Below are positions 1 to 10,351 of a stretch of DNA of 64,000 nt, piece by piece. Made by a program: the position numbers and the translations under genes. Positions within the stretch are counted from its first letter, which is position 1. Every line of letters begins with the position of its first letter. The DNA is from Bacillota bacterium (GTDB taxonomy: Bacteria; Bacillota; Dethiobacteria; DTU022). The stretch covers positions 163,794-227,793 of the forward strand of contig JAXHVH010000001.1 in assembly GCA_034189085.1 (NCBI GenBank), written 5' to 3'. Under the pieces are notes generated by a model. The model searched no databases. It saw nothing but the letters and a program-made list of their open reading frames with translations, and was not told the DNA's origin.

Positions 1-162
1 ATTTCCCGTCAGGGTGGTGAAAGTTAGAGGGGTGATGAAACGGGAGGCCGCTTCAGTCATCACCACCTGCACTTTTACACCGTTACGGACAAATATCCTA
101 GCCAATTCCGCCGTTTTATAAGCAGCAATGCCTCCGGTAATCCCTAAAACTACTTTTTGCAA
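1..162 (-). CDS. coaBC: Phosphopantothenoylcysteine decarboxylase / phosphopantothenate-cysteine ligase CoaBC, N-terminal part only (3' end lies beyond the window start)
   Basis: Minus-strand translation from TTG at 162 gives LQKVVLGITGGIAAYKTAELARIFVRNGVKVQVVMTEAASRFITPLTFTTLTGN, a CoaC flavoprotein-domain N-terminus. GGAG lies 8 nt upstream. Position after rpoZ matches conserved Firmicutes order. Confidence 0.6.
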   Translation of the reverse strand, partial: MQKVVLGITGGIAAYKTAELARIFVRNGVKVQVVMTEAASRFITPLTFTTLTGN

Positions 163-173
163 TAAAAACACTC

Positions 174-380
174 CTATTTGATACCGTCCCGAATGCGCTC
201 ATATTCGATATTGCCGGCTTCAATTTCATAAAGGGCGGTAGTTACATCGTTCCGGTAATCTGTTTTGATCGTTTTTTTGCTACCATTGCGAAGCTGGCGG
301 GCTCTTTTGGCAGCAGCGATCACCAGGGTATACTTACTGTCTACTTTCTTTAAAAGATCATCTATTGAAGGATAAATCAT
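174..380 (-). CDS. rpoZ: DNA-directed RNA polymerase subunit omega
   Basis: 68 aa; DDLLKKVDSKYTLVIAAAKRARQL is the RpoZ signature; sits between gmk and coaBC. Confidence 0.9.
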   Translation of the reverse strand: MIYPSIDDLLKKVDSKYTLVIAAAKRARQLRNGSKKTIKTDYRNDVTTALYEIEAGNIEYERIRDGIK

Positions 381-985
381 GATGAATCACCTCCTGTGTC
401 TGGCGGCCGGGCTCCCCGGCTGACTCTGCACTTCTCCACATCGATGATGGAATTAATCAGGGAAGCTGCTTTTTCCACCGTTTCATTGACCACTACGTAA
501 TCATAACGATGATAAACTTTCATTTCCCGGCGGGCGGTAGCCAGACGATCCTTGATGCGTTGTTCATCTTCCGTCCCCCGTCCATCGATTCTTTCCTCCA
601 GTACTTTCATCGACGGAGGAGCGAGAAAAACTGAAACGGACTCGGGCATTTTTACCCTTACCTGGGTGGCTCCCTGAACATCTATCTCCAGGATCAAATC
701 TTCGCCGTGAGATAAAGCTTCCTCAACAGCCACCCGGCGTGTTCCATAATAATAGCCGTGCACAACAGCCCATTCAAGAAAAGCATCTTTGTTAATCATC
801 GCTTCAAAGCTTTCCCTGTCGATAAAATTATATTCCCGCCCATCTATTTCCCCGTGCCGCGGAGGTCTGGTAGTATAGGAAACCGATACTTTAAGCTCCT
901 TACGTATTTCCAGCAGCCTGCGGCAAACCGTCCCCTTGCCTACTCCGGAAGGACCGGATATGATCAGTAAGATTCCTTCGGCCAT
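377..985 (-). CDS. gmk: Guanylate kinase
   Basis: P-loop GPSGVGKGTV and guanylate kinase body. Start moved to internal ATG at 985 (MAEGILLII...), checked in DNA; the upstream extension looks like an ORF-track artefact. Confidence 0.9.
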   Translation of the reverse strand: MAEGILLIISGPSGVGKGTVCRRLLEIRKELKVSVSYTTRPPRHGEIDGREYNFIDRESFEAMINKDAFLEWAVVHGYYYGTRRVAVEEALSHGEDLILEIDVQGATQVRVKMPESVSVFLAPPSMKVLEERIDGRGTEDEQRIKDRLATARREMKVYHRYDYVVVNETVEKAASLINSIIDVEKCRVSRGARPPDTGGDSS

Positions 986-1001
986 CAGATCCTCCCGTTG
1001 T

Positions 1002-1274
1002 TTATTCCAGATCCTCGCCTTCAACAGTGTTTCCGTTTGTCTGAAGGCGGTGCTTAACGGTTTCCGGCTGGACAGCAGAAAGAATAATATGCCCGCTGTC
1101 GGCAACAATGACCGCCCTGGTACGGCGGCCGTAGGTGGCATCGATCAGGATACCCCTCTCACGTGCTTCAATAATTACTCTTTTAATCGGTGCCGATTCC
1201 GGGCTGACAATAGCGATAATCCGCCCCGCGGAAACGATATTGCCGAACCCGATATTGATCAGCCTTGTTGACAT
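1002..1274 (-). CDS. remA: RemA/YlzA family (DUF370) biofilm/extracellular-matrix regulator
   Basis: [32 protein letters not shown] is the RemA family signature; about 90 aa from the internal ATG at 1274; conserved yicC-remA-gmk-rpoZ order. Confidence 0.8.
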   Translation of the reverse strand: MSTRLINIGFGNIVSAGRIIAIVSPESAPIKRVIIEARERGILIDATYGRRTRAVIVADSGHIILSAVQPETVKHRLQTNGNTVEGEDLE

Positions 1275-1293
1275 TGTCAAACCCCCTTTGTCT

Positions 1294-2169
1294 CTACTCC
1301 AGGTTCTGAATTTGCTCTCGGATTTTTTCAAGTTCCGCTTTCAGATCGACGACAATGCTGGTTAATTTATAATCGCCTGCTTTTGAACCGATTGTATTTA
1401 CCTCACGAAACATTTCCTGGGCGATAAAATCAAGCTTTCGTCCTGTCGGTTCATTATCTTCCATGGCAGCCCTAAATGCTTCAATATGACTTTTCAAACG
1501 AACCAGCTCTTCGTCAACGCCCATTCGCTCAACAAGCATGGCGCTTTCCATTAACAACCGGGTTTCTTCAAAATTTCCGCTTAGTAGTTCCTGAAATTTT
1601 TCATTTGTCCGGAGACGGCATTCTTCCTTTGCCTCTTCAGCCCTTTCGGTCGCCACTGCAGCCAGTTCGGCAAGGTTACCGCATCTGGCAGTAAGATCAC
1701 GGTAAAGATTTTCTCCTTCAACCTTCCGCTGCTCCAGCAGCTGCTGGAGGGCTTCCTGCAAAGCCTCACTAACGGCCGGCCAAACCTGCTCTTCAGTTAA
1801 CTCCAGTGCGGCAGGTTTAAAAAGCTCAGGCATTTGCAAAAGGTGAGCCAGTTTGACTTCTTCAAGAAGCTTCAGGCGTTCCGTCAATTTTCGCAAAGCC
1901 CGGAAATAATCTTCGGCTAAATCATAATTGACTCCAACCTGTCGCATACCGGCGGGCACCTCATTCATACTGAGAGATACTTCCACTCGCCCCCTTTTGA
2001 TCTCAGTCAAAAGCAGGCGGCGAATTTGATCCTCGAGAAAGTACAGCTCACGGGGTAGCCGAAGGGCTAGATCAGCATAGCGGTGGTTAACCGATCTCAG
2101 TTCCGCCAAAAAAACAAATCCATTGGCACTGCCACATCCTCTTCCGTATCCGGTCATACTTTTAATCAT
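1294..2169 (-). CDS. yicC: YicC family stress-induced protein (DUF1732)
   Basis: 291 aa; N-terminus [11 protein letters not shown] is characteristic of YicC; conserved context. Confidence 0.85.
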   Translation of the reverse strand: MIKSMTGYGRGCGSANGFVFLAELRSVNHRYADLALRLPRELYFLEDQIRRLLLTEIKRGRVEVSLSMNEVPAGMRQVGVNYDLAEDYFRALRKLTERLKLLEEVKLAHLLQMPELFKPAALELTEEQVWPAVSEALQEALQQLLEQRKVEGENLYRDLTARCGNLAELAAVATERAEEAKEECRLRTNEKFQELLSGNFEETRLLMESAMLVERMGVDEELVRLKSHIEAFRAAMEDNEPTGRKLDFIAQEMFREVNTIGSKAGDYKLTSIVVDLKAELEKIREQIQNLE

Positions 2170-2307
2170 TGTTTTATCTCCCGGGACTTATATTTGACTG
2201 CGTTAATCTTAACATCAAATCAGGTCAATCTCAAGCTGTAAATGAAACCCGGCTGTTGCCTTCTTGAGTCTGAAGAATTATACTTGAGGCCGGGAGTGGA
2301 TAAAGCG

Positions 2308-4041
2308 ATGCCGTATGACGCCTTAACAATGAAAGCAGTTACTGATGAGCTGCAGAATATCCTGCCCGGCGCCCTGATTCAGAATATTTTTGAGCCGGAC
2401 GATCTGGAGATAGTAATTCATTTTTACCACCGCAGCAGGCAAATCAACCTGCTCCTTTCAGTAAATCCTGCCCACGCTCGCATTCACCTTACCAAACAGC
2501 GTAAAAAAGGGAAAACTCACCCTTCTTCGTTCTGCATGCTGCTGCGTAAGTATCTCATCGGAGGGCGAATTAAACAGCTGGACAACCCACTCATGGAAAG
2601 AATCCTGGCGGTAACCTTTTCCCCTCCGGCAGGTATTCCTCCCGTAAGGCTTATGGCCGAAATTATGGGTCGTCGCAGTAACCTGATTCTTGTAGATGAT
2701 CAAGAAATCATCCTGGGAGCGCTAAAAACCGCTTCTGCAGAGAGAAATCCCATTCGACCCATTTTCCCCGGCGAATCCTACCGTCCGGTTCCCTCCCCAC
2801 AGGGCAAATTAAATCCCCTGGAGATGTCAGCCGGGGATCTTCATGTCGCCCTTGAGGGTGAATTTAATAATGACAACAATTTATCTACATTGATTCGCAG
2901 CAAGATTATGGGCATCAGCCCGGTTTTGGCCGAAGAACTGGCCTACCGGCTCAGGGATAAAAATAGAGGATTGCTATCTCTTTCTGAACAACTTTACCAC
3001 GAAATAGAAAACCTTTTTCAGGAAAATAATCCCACTGCTCTCAAGCCTACCTACCTTCCTGAACGGGCCCTCTATGCAGCAATTCCGCTGACTCACCTCC
3101 AGGAATACCGGCAAATAGAATATGGCAGTTTCAACGAGATGCTTGATGAAATCTATCAAAAACAGATCCGCGAAGAGCAGCAAAACCACTTGAGAAAGCA
3201 ACTGTCCGGCGCCGTTGAAAAAAGGCTGGCTATCCTGAAAAACAAGTTGCACCGTCAAAAAAAGGAACTTTCCGCTTCTACCAGAGCCTCTGAATACCGT
3301 CTTTACGGTGAAACCCTTCTTACTTACGGCGACCGGGTTACCGGGGGTTCAGTTGAAGCGGTTCTGCCCCACCTTTATGAAGCAGACAAAGAGATCGTCA
3401 TACCGCTCGACCCATCCCTGTCAGCCATCGCCAATGCCCAGCGTTATTTTCGCCGCTACCGCAAAGCCAGGCAGGGCTTCAATAAAATTCAGAAACAGAT
3501 CAGGAAAACCAGGAATGAGATGGAATACTGCCGGGAACTCATCTATACAATTGACAGAACCACCGGGACTTCGCTTGATGAAATCCGGGAGGAACTCCTG
3601 GAAGCCGGCTACCTTAAAAAAAGTAAAAAAACTAAACCTCACAGTAAAGGTCTGGAAAAGCCTCAACCTCTTGTCTTCCAAACGACCAGCGGCCGGACCA
3701 TCCTGGTGGGTAGAAATAATCGCCAGAATGATTACATCACTTTCCGATCTGCTGTTCGCCGTGACACCTGGTTCCATGTGCGGGGCATGCCCGGTAGCCA
3801 TGTCATTCTGAAAGAAGTCTCCTACCCGCCGCCACAGGAAGATATTGAAGAAGCTGCTTTCCTGGCTGCCTATTTCAGCAAAGGGCAAGAAAGTGGGGCT
3901 GTCGAGGTAGACTACACCGAAATTCGCCATGTCCGCCGCCAGCCGGGCGGCAAACCGGGATCTGTCTTCTACGAGAATTACGAGACAATTACCATCAATC
4001 CACTGGATAGAAACTTCCGTAAACGGTTCAACCTGGCATAA
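2308..4041 (+). CDS. rqcH: NFACT-family ribosome quality control protein RqcH (fibronectin-binding protein A homolog, N-terminal NFACT-N, C-terminal DUF814)
   Basis: About 577 aa. N-terminus MPYDALTMKAVTDEL is typical; C-terminal RGMPGSHVILK (DUF814) motif. ATG at 2308 checked; the track's start at 2242 adds 22 unlikely residues. Confidence 0.8.
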   Translation: MPYDALTMKAVTDELQNILPGALIQNIFEPDDLEIVIHFYHRSRQINLLLSVNPAHARIHLTKQRKKGKTHPSSFCMLLRKYLIGGRIKQLDNPLMERILAVTFSPPAGIPPVRLMAEIMGRRSNLILVDDQEIILGALKTASAERNPIRPIFPGESYRPVPSPQGKLNPLEMSAGDLHVALEGEFNNDNNLSTLIRSKIMGISPVLAEELAYRLRDKNRGLLSLSEQLYHEIENLFQENNPTALKPTYLPERALYAAIPLTHLQEYRQIEYGSFNEMLDEIYQKQIREEQQNHLRKQLSGAVEKRLAILKNKLHRQKKELSASTRASEYRLYGETLLTYGDRVTGGSVEAVLPHLYEADKEIVIPLDPSLSAIANAQRYFRRYRKARQGFNKIQKQIRKTRNEMEYCRELIYTIDRTTGTSLDEIREELLEAGYLKKSKKTKPHSKGLEKPQPLVFQTTSGRTILVGRNNRQNDYITFRSAVRRDTWFHVRGMPGSHVILKEVSYPPPQEDIEEAAFLAAYFSKGQESGAVEVDYTEIRHVRRQPGGKPGSVFYENYETITINPLDRNFRKRFNLA

Positions 4042-4068
4042 CAGAACAGCAAATGCATCTCAGCGGGC

Positions 4069-5022
4069 TCAGGAAGAGCCGGTCTGCTCACGCAGTAAAA
4101 ACAGGCCCTTTTTAAATTCCGGCGGCAGGGGAACGGAAAATGACATCATGCAGCCGGAACGCGGATGAATGAAGCTGATCCGCCGGGCATGAAGGGCCTG
4201 TGGAATAGCCAGCTCGGGAGGAAGATCACGACCCCTTGATGGGGCATAAACAGGATCGCCAACCACCGGATAGCCAATATGCCCAAGGTGGACCCTGATC
4301 TGATGAGTACGCCCTGTTTCCAACTTGAGAACAAGCAGGGTGTATCTATTAAAATACTTCAGGACCCGGTAACGGGTTACCGCTCTCCTCCCACCTTCGA
4401 CAACGGCCATCTTCTTACGGTGAACAGGATGCCGCCCCACAGGAGCATCGATGCGCCCTTTCTCCGGTTTTACCAAGCCGTTTACCAGGGCAATGTATTC
4501 CCGGCTTACCTTCCTCTCTTTCATCTGGGTTGAAAGTGAACGATGGCTGTAATCATTTTTAGCCACCAGCAACAGCCCGGAAGTATCCTTATCCAGGCGA
4601 TGCACAATGCCCGGCCTCATGACACCGCCGATTCCCGAAAGATCCTTGCAGTGAGCAAGAAGAGCATTAACCAGGGTGCCCCTGCTATGCCCGGGTGCAG
4701 GATGGACCACCATGCCCCGCGGTTTGTTGACAACCAGAAGATCTTTATCTTCATAAACAATATCGAGCCGCATTTCTTCCGGCTCGACAGTCATCTTTTC
4801 CGGTGGAGGAATAATCACTGTAACCCGTGATCCCTCCCGTGGACAATATTTTTTTTCCAGGCAGGCTTCTTCATCAATTTGTACCATGCCCTCTGCAATC
4901 AACTTTTGCGCTCTGCTGCGGGAAAGATTGTCGATCATCAAGGTAAGAAGACGATCGAGGCGCACTCCTTCCCACTCGGCAGAAACAGTAAAAAAAGTTT
5001 GTGGTCCGTCAGCACCGCTCAT
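4069..5022 (-). CDS. rluD: RluA-family 23S rRNA pseudouridine synthase (RluD-like)
   Basis: HRLDKDTSGLLLVAKN catalytic motif with an S4-like N-terminus. Start moved to ATG at 5022 (MSGADGPQTF...), which overlaps the lgt stop in an ATGA arrangement. Confidence 0.85.
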   Translation of the reverse strand: MSGADGPQTFFTVSAEWEGVRLDRLLTLMIDNLSRSRAQKLIAEGMVQIDEEACLEKKYCPREGSRVTVIIPPPEKMTVEPEEMRLDIVYEDKDLLVVNKPRGMVVHPAPGHSRGTLVNALLAHCKDLSGIGGVMRPGIVHRLDKDTSGLLLVAKNDYSHRSLSTQMKERKVSREYIALVNGLVKPEKGRIDAPVGRHPVHRKKMAVVEGGRRAVTRYRVLKYFNRYTLLVLKLETGRTHQIRVHLGHIGYPVVGDPVYAPSRGRDLPPELAIPQALHARRISFIHPRSGCMMSFSVPLPPEFKKGLFLLREQTGSS

Positions 5023-5825
5023 TTTTTTGCGGCCTTTCGTTTTTTCTTGTTTTTTTTCGATTCGTTTTTCTTCGGTTGAAAATAATTGAAGATAGCAATG
5101 GTAGCCAGTGAAACAACAACCAAACCCATACTGAACCACTGGGCTAAAGTTAAACCAAGCAGACCGGTTTCGCCAAAGCGGAAAAATTCAGTGGTGAACC
5201 GCAAAACACCATAAAGGGTAAACAGAAAAATAAATTGAAACCCCACAAAAGGCCTCCGGGGCCGGATACGCTTGAGAATGATAAAAATGATCACTGCCAG
5301 GATAACTGCATACAGCTGAACGGGGTGGCGCAGAACAGGATCGCCAATCCTGATGGGCAAAGCCCAGGGAACAGTTGATTCCTTACCATAACAGCAACCG
5401 TTGAGGAAGCACCCTACCCTGCCAATAGCATATCCGAGAGCCAGATATGGAGCAAGCAAATCAGCCATCTTCAAAAAACCAATCTTACGATAATAACTCC
5501 AGAAAAATAGAGCAAAAGCGCCGACAAAAAGAGCACCGTAAAAAGAGAGCCCTTCGAACTGAACAAAAAGGGAGCTAAAGAACCGTCCGCTGTAATAATC
5601 CCAGTTCAGCAACATATAAAGGAGGCGCGCTCCGATCAATCCTGCCAGAGCTGCAACAATTACAGCCTCCAGAACGTGATCCGGGTTAACATTTTCCCGC
5701 GGTGCTTCCTTATAAACTGCCATTGCCGCCACCAGAACAGCCAGGGCAATCATTAATCCATATGAATGAATGGTTAAATTTCCAATGGTAAACAGCTCAG
5801 GATACATAGACTCAGCTCCCCTCAA
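5019..5825 (-). CDS. lgt: Prolipoprotein diacylglyceryl transferase
   Basis: 268 aa polytopic membrane protein with the Lgt family pattern and a lysine-rich C-tail; conserved lspA-lgt neighbourhood. Confidence 0.85.
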   Translation of the reverse strand: MRGAESMYPELFTIGNLTIHSYGLMIALAVLVAAMAVYKEAPRENVNPDHVLEAVIVAALAGLIGARLLYMLLNWDYYSGRFFSSLFVQFEGLSFYGALFVGAFALFFWSYYRKIGFLKMADLLAPYLALGYAIGRVGCFLNGCCYGKESTVPWALPIRIGDPVLRHPVQLYAVILAVIIFIILKRIRPRRPFVGFQFIFLFTLYGVLRFTTEFFRFGETGLLGLTLAQWFSMGLVVVSLATIAIFNYFQPKKNESKKNKKKRKAAKK

Positions 5826-6300
5826 ACTCTTTTATTAAATTGCTGTCACGCCAAAAAGCAATCAGCAAAAAGGCAATACCAATAACGATTGCCGAATCAG
5901 CCAGGTTGAAAACCGGCGGCCAGATTGAAAAATCAAGGAAGTCAATCACGTAGGTTCCCCTAACGCGATCTATCAGGTTGCCCAGTGCGCCGCCCAGTTG
6001 CAGGGCAAGGCCCACACGCAACCACCGGTGCCTCTTTGCCAGGAGACGATAATAATAAATTATTACCAGGACCACGATGACGGTGATCACAACAAAAAAT
6101 ACCGTTTGATAGGGAAACATACCAAAAGCAGCCCCGGGATTGCGGACATAGGTGATATAAAAAAATTTGTCAATTATTGTAATTGTCTGCCCTAGCTCCA
6201 TGGAACTGGCTATCATATATTTACTCAGCTGGTCCAGGGCAATAATAACAGCGGTAATCAGGATAAGGCTCAAATTTTTCCCCCCCGGCTTGTGCATCAT
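5812..6300 (-). CDS. lspA: Lipoprotein signal peptidase (signal peptidase II)
   Basis: 162 aa with NPGAAFGMF and FNLADSAIVIG motifs of LspA. Confidence 0.85.
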   Translation of the reverse strand: MMHKPGGKNLSLILITAVIIALDQLSKYMIASSMELGQTITIIDKFFYITYVRNPGAAFGMFPYQTVFFVVITVIVVLVIIYYYRLLAKRHRWLRVGLALQLGGALGNLIDRVRGTYVIDFLDFSIWPPVFNLADSAIVIGIAFLLIAFWRDSNLIKEFEGS

Positions 6301-6484
6301 TTCTGCTGGTTCTTATATTCTTTTCTCGCGGCAAAGAGCTCAACGGTGGAACAGCATTTCCGAAATATCGTGGTTCCGCCGGACGGTTTCACTTATTAAC
6401 ATTCTGCAGCCAACTTGAATATTTCAAATCCTCCTGCTGGCGTTTCCTATTTTAACATAGCCCGGTAAATAATTATAGCAATAA

Positions 6485-9244
6485 TTAAAGGCTCTCAACC
6501 ACTTTCCGGCAGCGGGGACAGAGTTCCTCGTCAGAATCAGTATAAATCCAGCAGCGCGGGCACTTATGCCCACCCGCTTTTTTTATTTTTATTTTCACGG
6601 GGGAATGAATCCCCTCGATCGCTTCAACAGGGGCATCTTCTATTCTCCCAGCCAGGTTTGCTGCGGATACAATAAAGAGTTCTGCTAGAAAATCATTATA
6701 CTGCTCAAGGAGATCGTAAACCTGCGGCTCAACCCAGAGTTCAACAGCCGCTTCCAGTGAACCGCCGATGACCTTATCTTTGCGGGCCTCTTCAAGAGCC
6801 CGGGTCACTTCTTCACGAACAGCCAGCAAAACCTCCCAGCGTTTGGCCACTTCATCGTCATCCCAGGTAGGATCTGGCTCCGGCCAATCGGCCAGCTGCA
6901 CACTCTCCAACCGTTTTCCGGGTAGATGCTGCCATATCTCCTCTGCTGTAAAAGTCAGGATCGGCGCCATTAACAGAACAATATGTTCAAGAATAATTGA
7001 AAGTACGGTCTGTGCCGAACGGCGGGCAGGATTATCCTGTGCCGAACAATACAGGCGATCTTTTAACACATCAAGATAAAAACTGCTCATATCCACTACA
7101 CAAAAATTGTGGACAGCATGAAAAAACTGGTGATATTCATAGTCATCATAATAGCTGGTTACCTTTTTAATCAGGCGTCCCAGACGGCCCAGAGCCCAGC
7201 GATCGAGCTCCTCCATATCTCTATAATCAACAGCGTGGGCAGCCGGATCAAAATCCTGGCAGCTTCCCAGCAGAAAACGGACTGTGTTACGGATTTTGCG
7301 GTAAACTTCAATCAACTGTTTCAAAATATTTTCAGAAAGGTGAACATCGCTGGTGAAATCGGCTGAAGAGACCCATAACCGCAGAATATCTGCCCCGTAC
7401 CGCTTTATAATTTCTTCCGGAGCAATGACATTACCCAGTGATTTCGACATTTTTTTACCTTCTCCGTCAACAACCCAGCCGTGGCTAAGAACCGCTTTAT
7501 AAGGTGGTTCGCCCCTGGTTGCCACAGCAGTGAGCAGTGATGAATGGAACCAGCCACGGTACTGGTCGCTTCCTTCCAGGTAGAGATCAGCAGGCCACCG
7601 CAAATCAGGGCGGGTTTCTAACACTGCATCATGACTTGAGCCGGAGTCAAACCACACATCCATAGTATCCTTTTCTTTGCGAAACCGATCATGGCCGCAG
7701 TGAGGACAGCGGAATCCTTCCGGCAGGATCTCTTCAGCTTCACGCACAAACCAGGCATCGGAACCTTCACGGGTAAATAATTCACTGACCGCATCAATGG
7801 TATCTTTATTAATGACTGGTTTCCCACATGAATAGCAATAAAAGATAGGGATTGGCACTCCCCATACTCTCTGTCTGGATATGCACCAGTCCTGCCTTTC
7901 CTCCACCATGTTGTAGATGCGACCCTCGCCCCAGGAAGGGATCCATTTTACTTTTTTGATCGCCTCCAGGGCTTCTTTCCGGAACCCTTCCACAGAAGCG
8001 AACCATTGCTCGGTTGCCCTGTAAAGGACAGGCTGCTTGCAGCGCCAGCAGTTCGGGTACTGATGTTCGAAAGAGGCAGAACTTAGCAAAGCTCCTGCTT
8101 CTCTTAGATCTTCGATGACCTGTCGTCCTCCCTTTTCATAATGCATCCCGGCGTAGGAACCTGCTTCATTAGTAAAGATACCTTGATCATCAATGGGACT
8201 CAGCATGGGCAGATTGTTTTCCCGCCCGACGATGAAGTCTTCGTAACCATGTCCCGGAGCGATGTGCACCATTCCAGTGCCCTGCTCGAGAGTGACATGA
8301 TCCCCATGTAGAAGAATTGATTCGCGATCAAAAAGAGGATGACGGCAGCGCATGCCTGCAAGTTCACTGCCGCGGAAGCGCCTTAAAACCTTCCAGGGCT
8401 TTTCTGCACCAACTTTTGCCGAGACTTCACCTAGAAGCTCTTCGGCCAGCAGGTACTGTTCGCTACCGGCTTCAACAAGGACATACTCAAAATCATTGTG
8501 GACAGCTATGGCCAGGTTGGCCGGAATCGTCCATGCCGTAGTAGTCCAGATCAGGCAATATCGATTTTCCACTCCTCCCAGAAGCCCCCGGTCATCAACC
8601 AGCGGAAATTTAACATATATAGCATCAGATATTTTATTGCCGTATTCAATTTCCGCTTCCGCCAGGGCAGTCTCACAGTTCGCACACCAGTATACAGGTC
8701 TCATACCCTTATAGATATAACCGCGTTCGGCCATAGCGCCAAATATCTTGATCTGCCGCCCTTCAAAAGCTGGTTTCAGAGTCAGGTAAGGGTTATCCCA
8801 GTCACCACGAACACCCAGTCTCTTGAATTGTTCCTTCTGGATGTCGACATACTTTAGGGCATAATCACGACACATTCGGCGAAATTCAATATCGGAAATT
8901 GCTTTCCTGTTCACTTTATTAGTCTTGATGATCTGGTGCTCTATAGGCAACCCATGAGTATCCCAGCCCGGCACATAAGGGCAGTCAAAACCACGCATAG
9001 TTTTGTACTTGTTGATAATATCTTTGAGCACTTTATTCAAAGCAGTTCCCATATGGATACTTCCGTTGGCATAAGGAGGCCCGTCATGAAGAATATAGCG
9101 CTGCGCCCCATTGCGCTTATCTCTCGCCATTTTATTGATGTTCATTTTATCCCATCGCTCGAGCATTTCAGGCTCACGATTTGGCAGGTTTGCCCTCATT
9201 GGGAAATCAGTCTGCGGTAAATTTAATGTGTCCCGGTAGTCCAT
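6485..9244 (-). CDS. ileS: Isoleucyl-tRNA synthetase
   Basis: 919 aa from ATG at 9244 (MDYRDTLNLPQTDFPMRANLP). HMGTALNK (HIGH) and KMSKS motifs; C-terminal Zn ribbon CPRCW...CPRC; T-box leader immediately upstream. Confidence 0.95.
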   Translation of the reverse strand: MDYRDTLNLPQTDFPMRANLPNREPEMLERWDKMNINKMARDKRNGAQRYILHDGPPYANGSIHMGTALNKVLKDIINKYKTMRGFDCPYVPGWDTHGLPIEHQIIKTNKVNRKAISDIEFRRMCRDYALKYVDIQKEQFKRLGVRGDWDNPYLTLKPAFEGRQIKIFGAMAERGYIYKGMRPVYWCANCETALAEAEIEYGNKISDAIYVKFPLVDDRGLLGGVENRYCLIWTTTAWTIPANLAIAVHNDFEYVLVEAGSEQYLLAEELLGEVSAKVGAEKPWKVLRRFRGSELAGMRCRHPLFDRESILLHGDHVTLEQGTGMVHIAPGHGYEDFIVGRENNLPMLSPIDDQGIFTNEAGSYAGMHYEKGGRQVIEDLREAGALLSSASFEHQYPNCWRCKQPVLYRATEQWFASVEGFRKEALEAIKKVKWIPSWGEGRIYNMVEERQDWCISRQRVWGVPIPIFYCYSCGKPVINKDTIDAVSELFTREGSDAWFVREAEEILPEGFRCPHCGHDRFRKEKDTMDVWFDSGSSHDAVLETRPDLRWPADLYLEGSDQYRGWFHSSLLTAVATRGEPPYKAVLSHGWVVDGEGKKMSKSLGNVIAPEEIIKRYGADILRLWVSSADFTSDVHLSENILKQLIEVYRKIRNTVRFLLGSCQDFDPAAHAVDYRDMEELDRWALGRLGRLIKKVTSYYDDYEYHQFFHAVHNFCVVDMSSFYLDVLKDRLYCSAQDNPARRSAQTVLSIILEHIVLLMAPILTFTAEEIWQHLPGKRLESVQLADWPEPDPTWDDDEVAKRWEVLLAVREEVTRALEEARKDKVIGGSLEAAVELWVEPQVYDLLEQYNDFLAELFIVSAANLAGRIEDAPVEAIEGIHSPVKIKIKKAGGHKCPRCWIYTDSDEELCPRCRKVVESL

Positions 9245-9289
9245 AAGTTTCCTCCTCCATTTGGTAATACACAATAACCCTGCCTCCCG

Positions 9290-9600
9290 GCAGCATAGCC
9301 AATAATCATAAAAAAACCCGCCCCTGCAGGGGCGAGATATATCCCGCGGTACCACCCTCGTGCCCGGTTAAAACAGGCTTCTTCCGAATGCCTATAACGA
9401 CGGCTACCGTCCGCGTCTACTCTTTCTCTCCGGAAATTTGGCGCGGCTGCTCCAGGGTGATCTGCAGCGGTCGGCTCAGCCGGACTTCCACCTTAAACCG
9501 GCTCTCTGGGTAAGCACAGATCCCGCTTTCATGTCCCGTTCACAGCATTTGCTCCAGATTTTAACATGGATACCCACTAAAATCAATACCTGAATGTGGA
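9290..9600 (-). promoter_or_regulatory. T-box riboswitch leader of ileS (Ile specifier AUC; terminator/antiterminator)
   Basis: Minus strand carries the T-box consensus AACCGGGCACGAGGGTGGTACCGCGGG (9338-9364). A terminator hairpin CGCCCCTGCAGGGGCG plus T7 follows at 9310-9345. AGAGAG and GAGTAGA stem I motifs are present, and a loop reads gcagAUCAcc. Confidence 0.85.
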
Positions 9601-9640
9601 AAACAACTTGAATTAAATCAATATGACTTAACTGTATTCC

Positions 9641-10270
9641 TTAAAAATCAGGATCTTTATCTGTTTCGGGATAATCATCCGGGTCAAGATCGTATCTAAT
9701 CCCAAAATCGTCTTCTTTTTCTTTTTCCGTACCCATTCCGGCATCAACATTCTCACTGTTTAAAGGGCCGGGCTCAAATTCAAGGACTTCTTCTTCTTTT
9801 TCTTCGAGCTCTGGAGCATCCCTGAGCCAGTCTTCATTTTCCAGTGAAACCAGCTGAGCCTCAATAAAGGAGCGAAACCGCATTTTAAAGATCTGAGCCT
9901 GTTTGATCAGTTCTTCATGTTCACTCATGATCCGGCTGGCTCTAAAACGGGCATCTTCGATGATCTGCTTGGCTTCTCTTTCCGCTTCCCGCCTGATCAG
10001 GTCACTCTCGCGTTTGGCATTTTGTTTAACTTCTTCGGCAGTTTCCTGGGCTACAACAATGGCACTGTGCAATGTTTCTTCCATTTTATGATAATTTTTA
10101 TTTTTTTCAAGCAACCGGTTGATCTCTTCTTTCAGTTCCTCATTTTTCCTGAGCAGCTTCTCAAGATCTCCTGCTACTTCATCCAGGAAATCATCCACGT
10201 CTTCCATGTCATAACCACGGAATGAACGCTCAAATTCTTTTTCCTGTATATCCAGCGGTGTGATGGGCAT
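9641..10270 (-). CDS. divIVA: Cell division protein DivIVA
   Basis: N-terminus MPITPLDIQEKEFERSFRGYDMEDVDDFLDEV is the DivIVA domain; coiled-coil body; acidic C-tail. Confidence 0.85.
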   Translation of the reverse strand: MPITPLDIQEKEFERSFRGYDMEDVDDFLDEVAGDLEKLLRKNEELKEEINRLLEKNKNYHKMEETLHSAIVVAQETAEEVKQNAKRESDLIRREAEREAKQIIEDARFRASRIMSEHEELIKQAQIFKMRFRSFIEAQLVSLENEDWLRDAPELEEKEEEVLEFEPGPLNSENVDAGMGTEKEKEDDFGIRYDLDPDDYPETDKDPDF

Positions 10271-10351
10271 AATTTTTCCTCCCTGTTACCCTTTGGTATT
10301 TGATTATATTTGTTGCCAGACTTCGACAGCAGGTCCACTTTTCCTGCTGCC

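Noticed and set aside
6301-6484. Small minus-strand ORF (MLISETVRRNHDISEMLFHR) between ileS and lspA, where Bacillus has a DksA/TraR-like ylyA
   Set aside because: Only 19 codons, with no CxxC zinc-finger motifs and no adjacent SD. It is probably intergenic or at most a degraded remnant.
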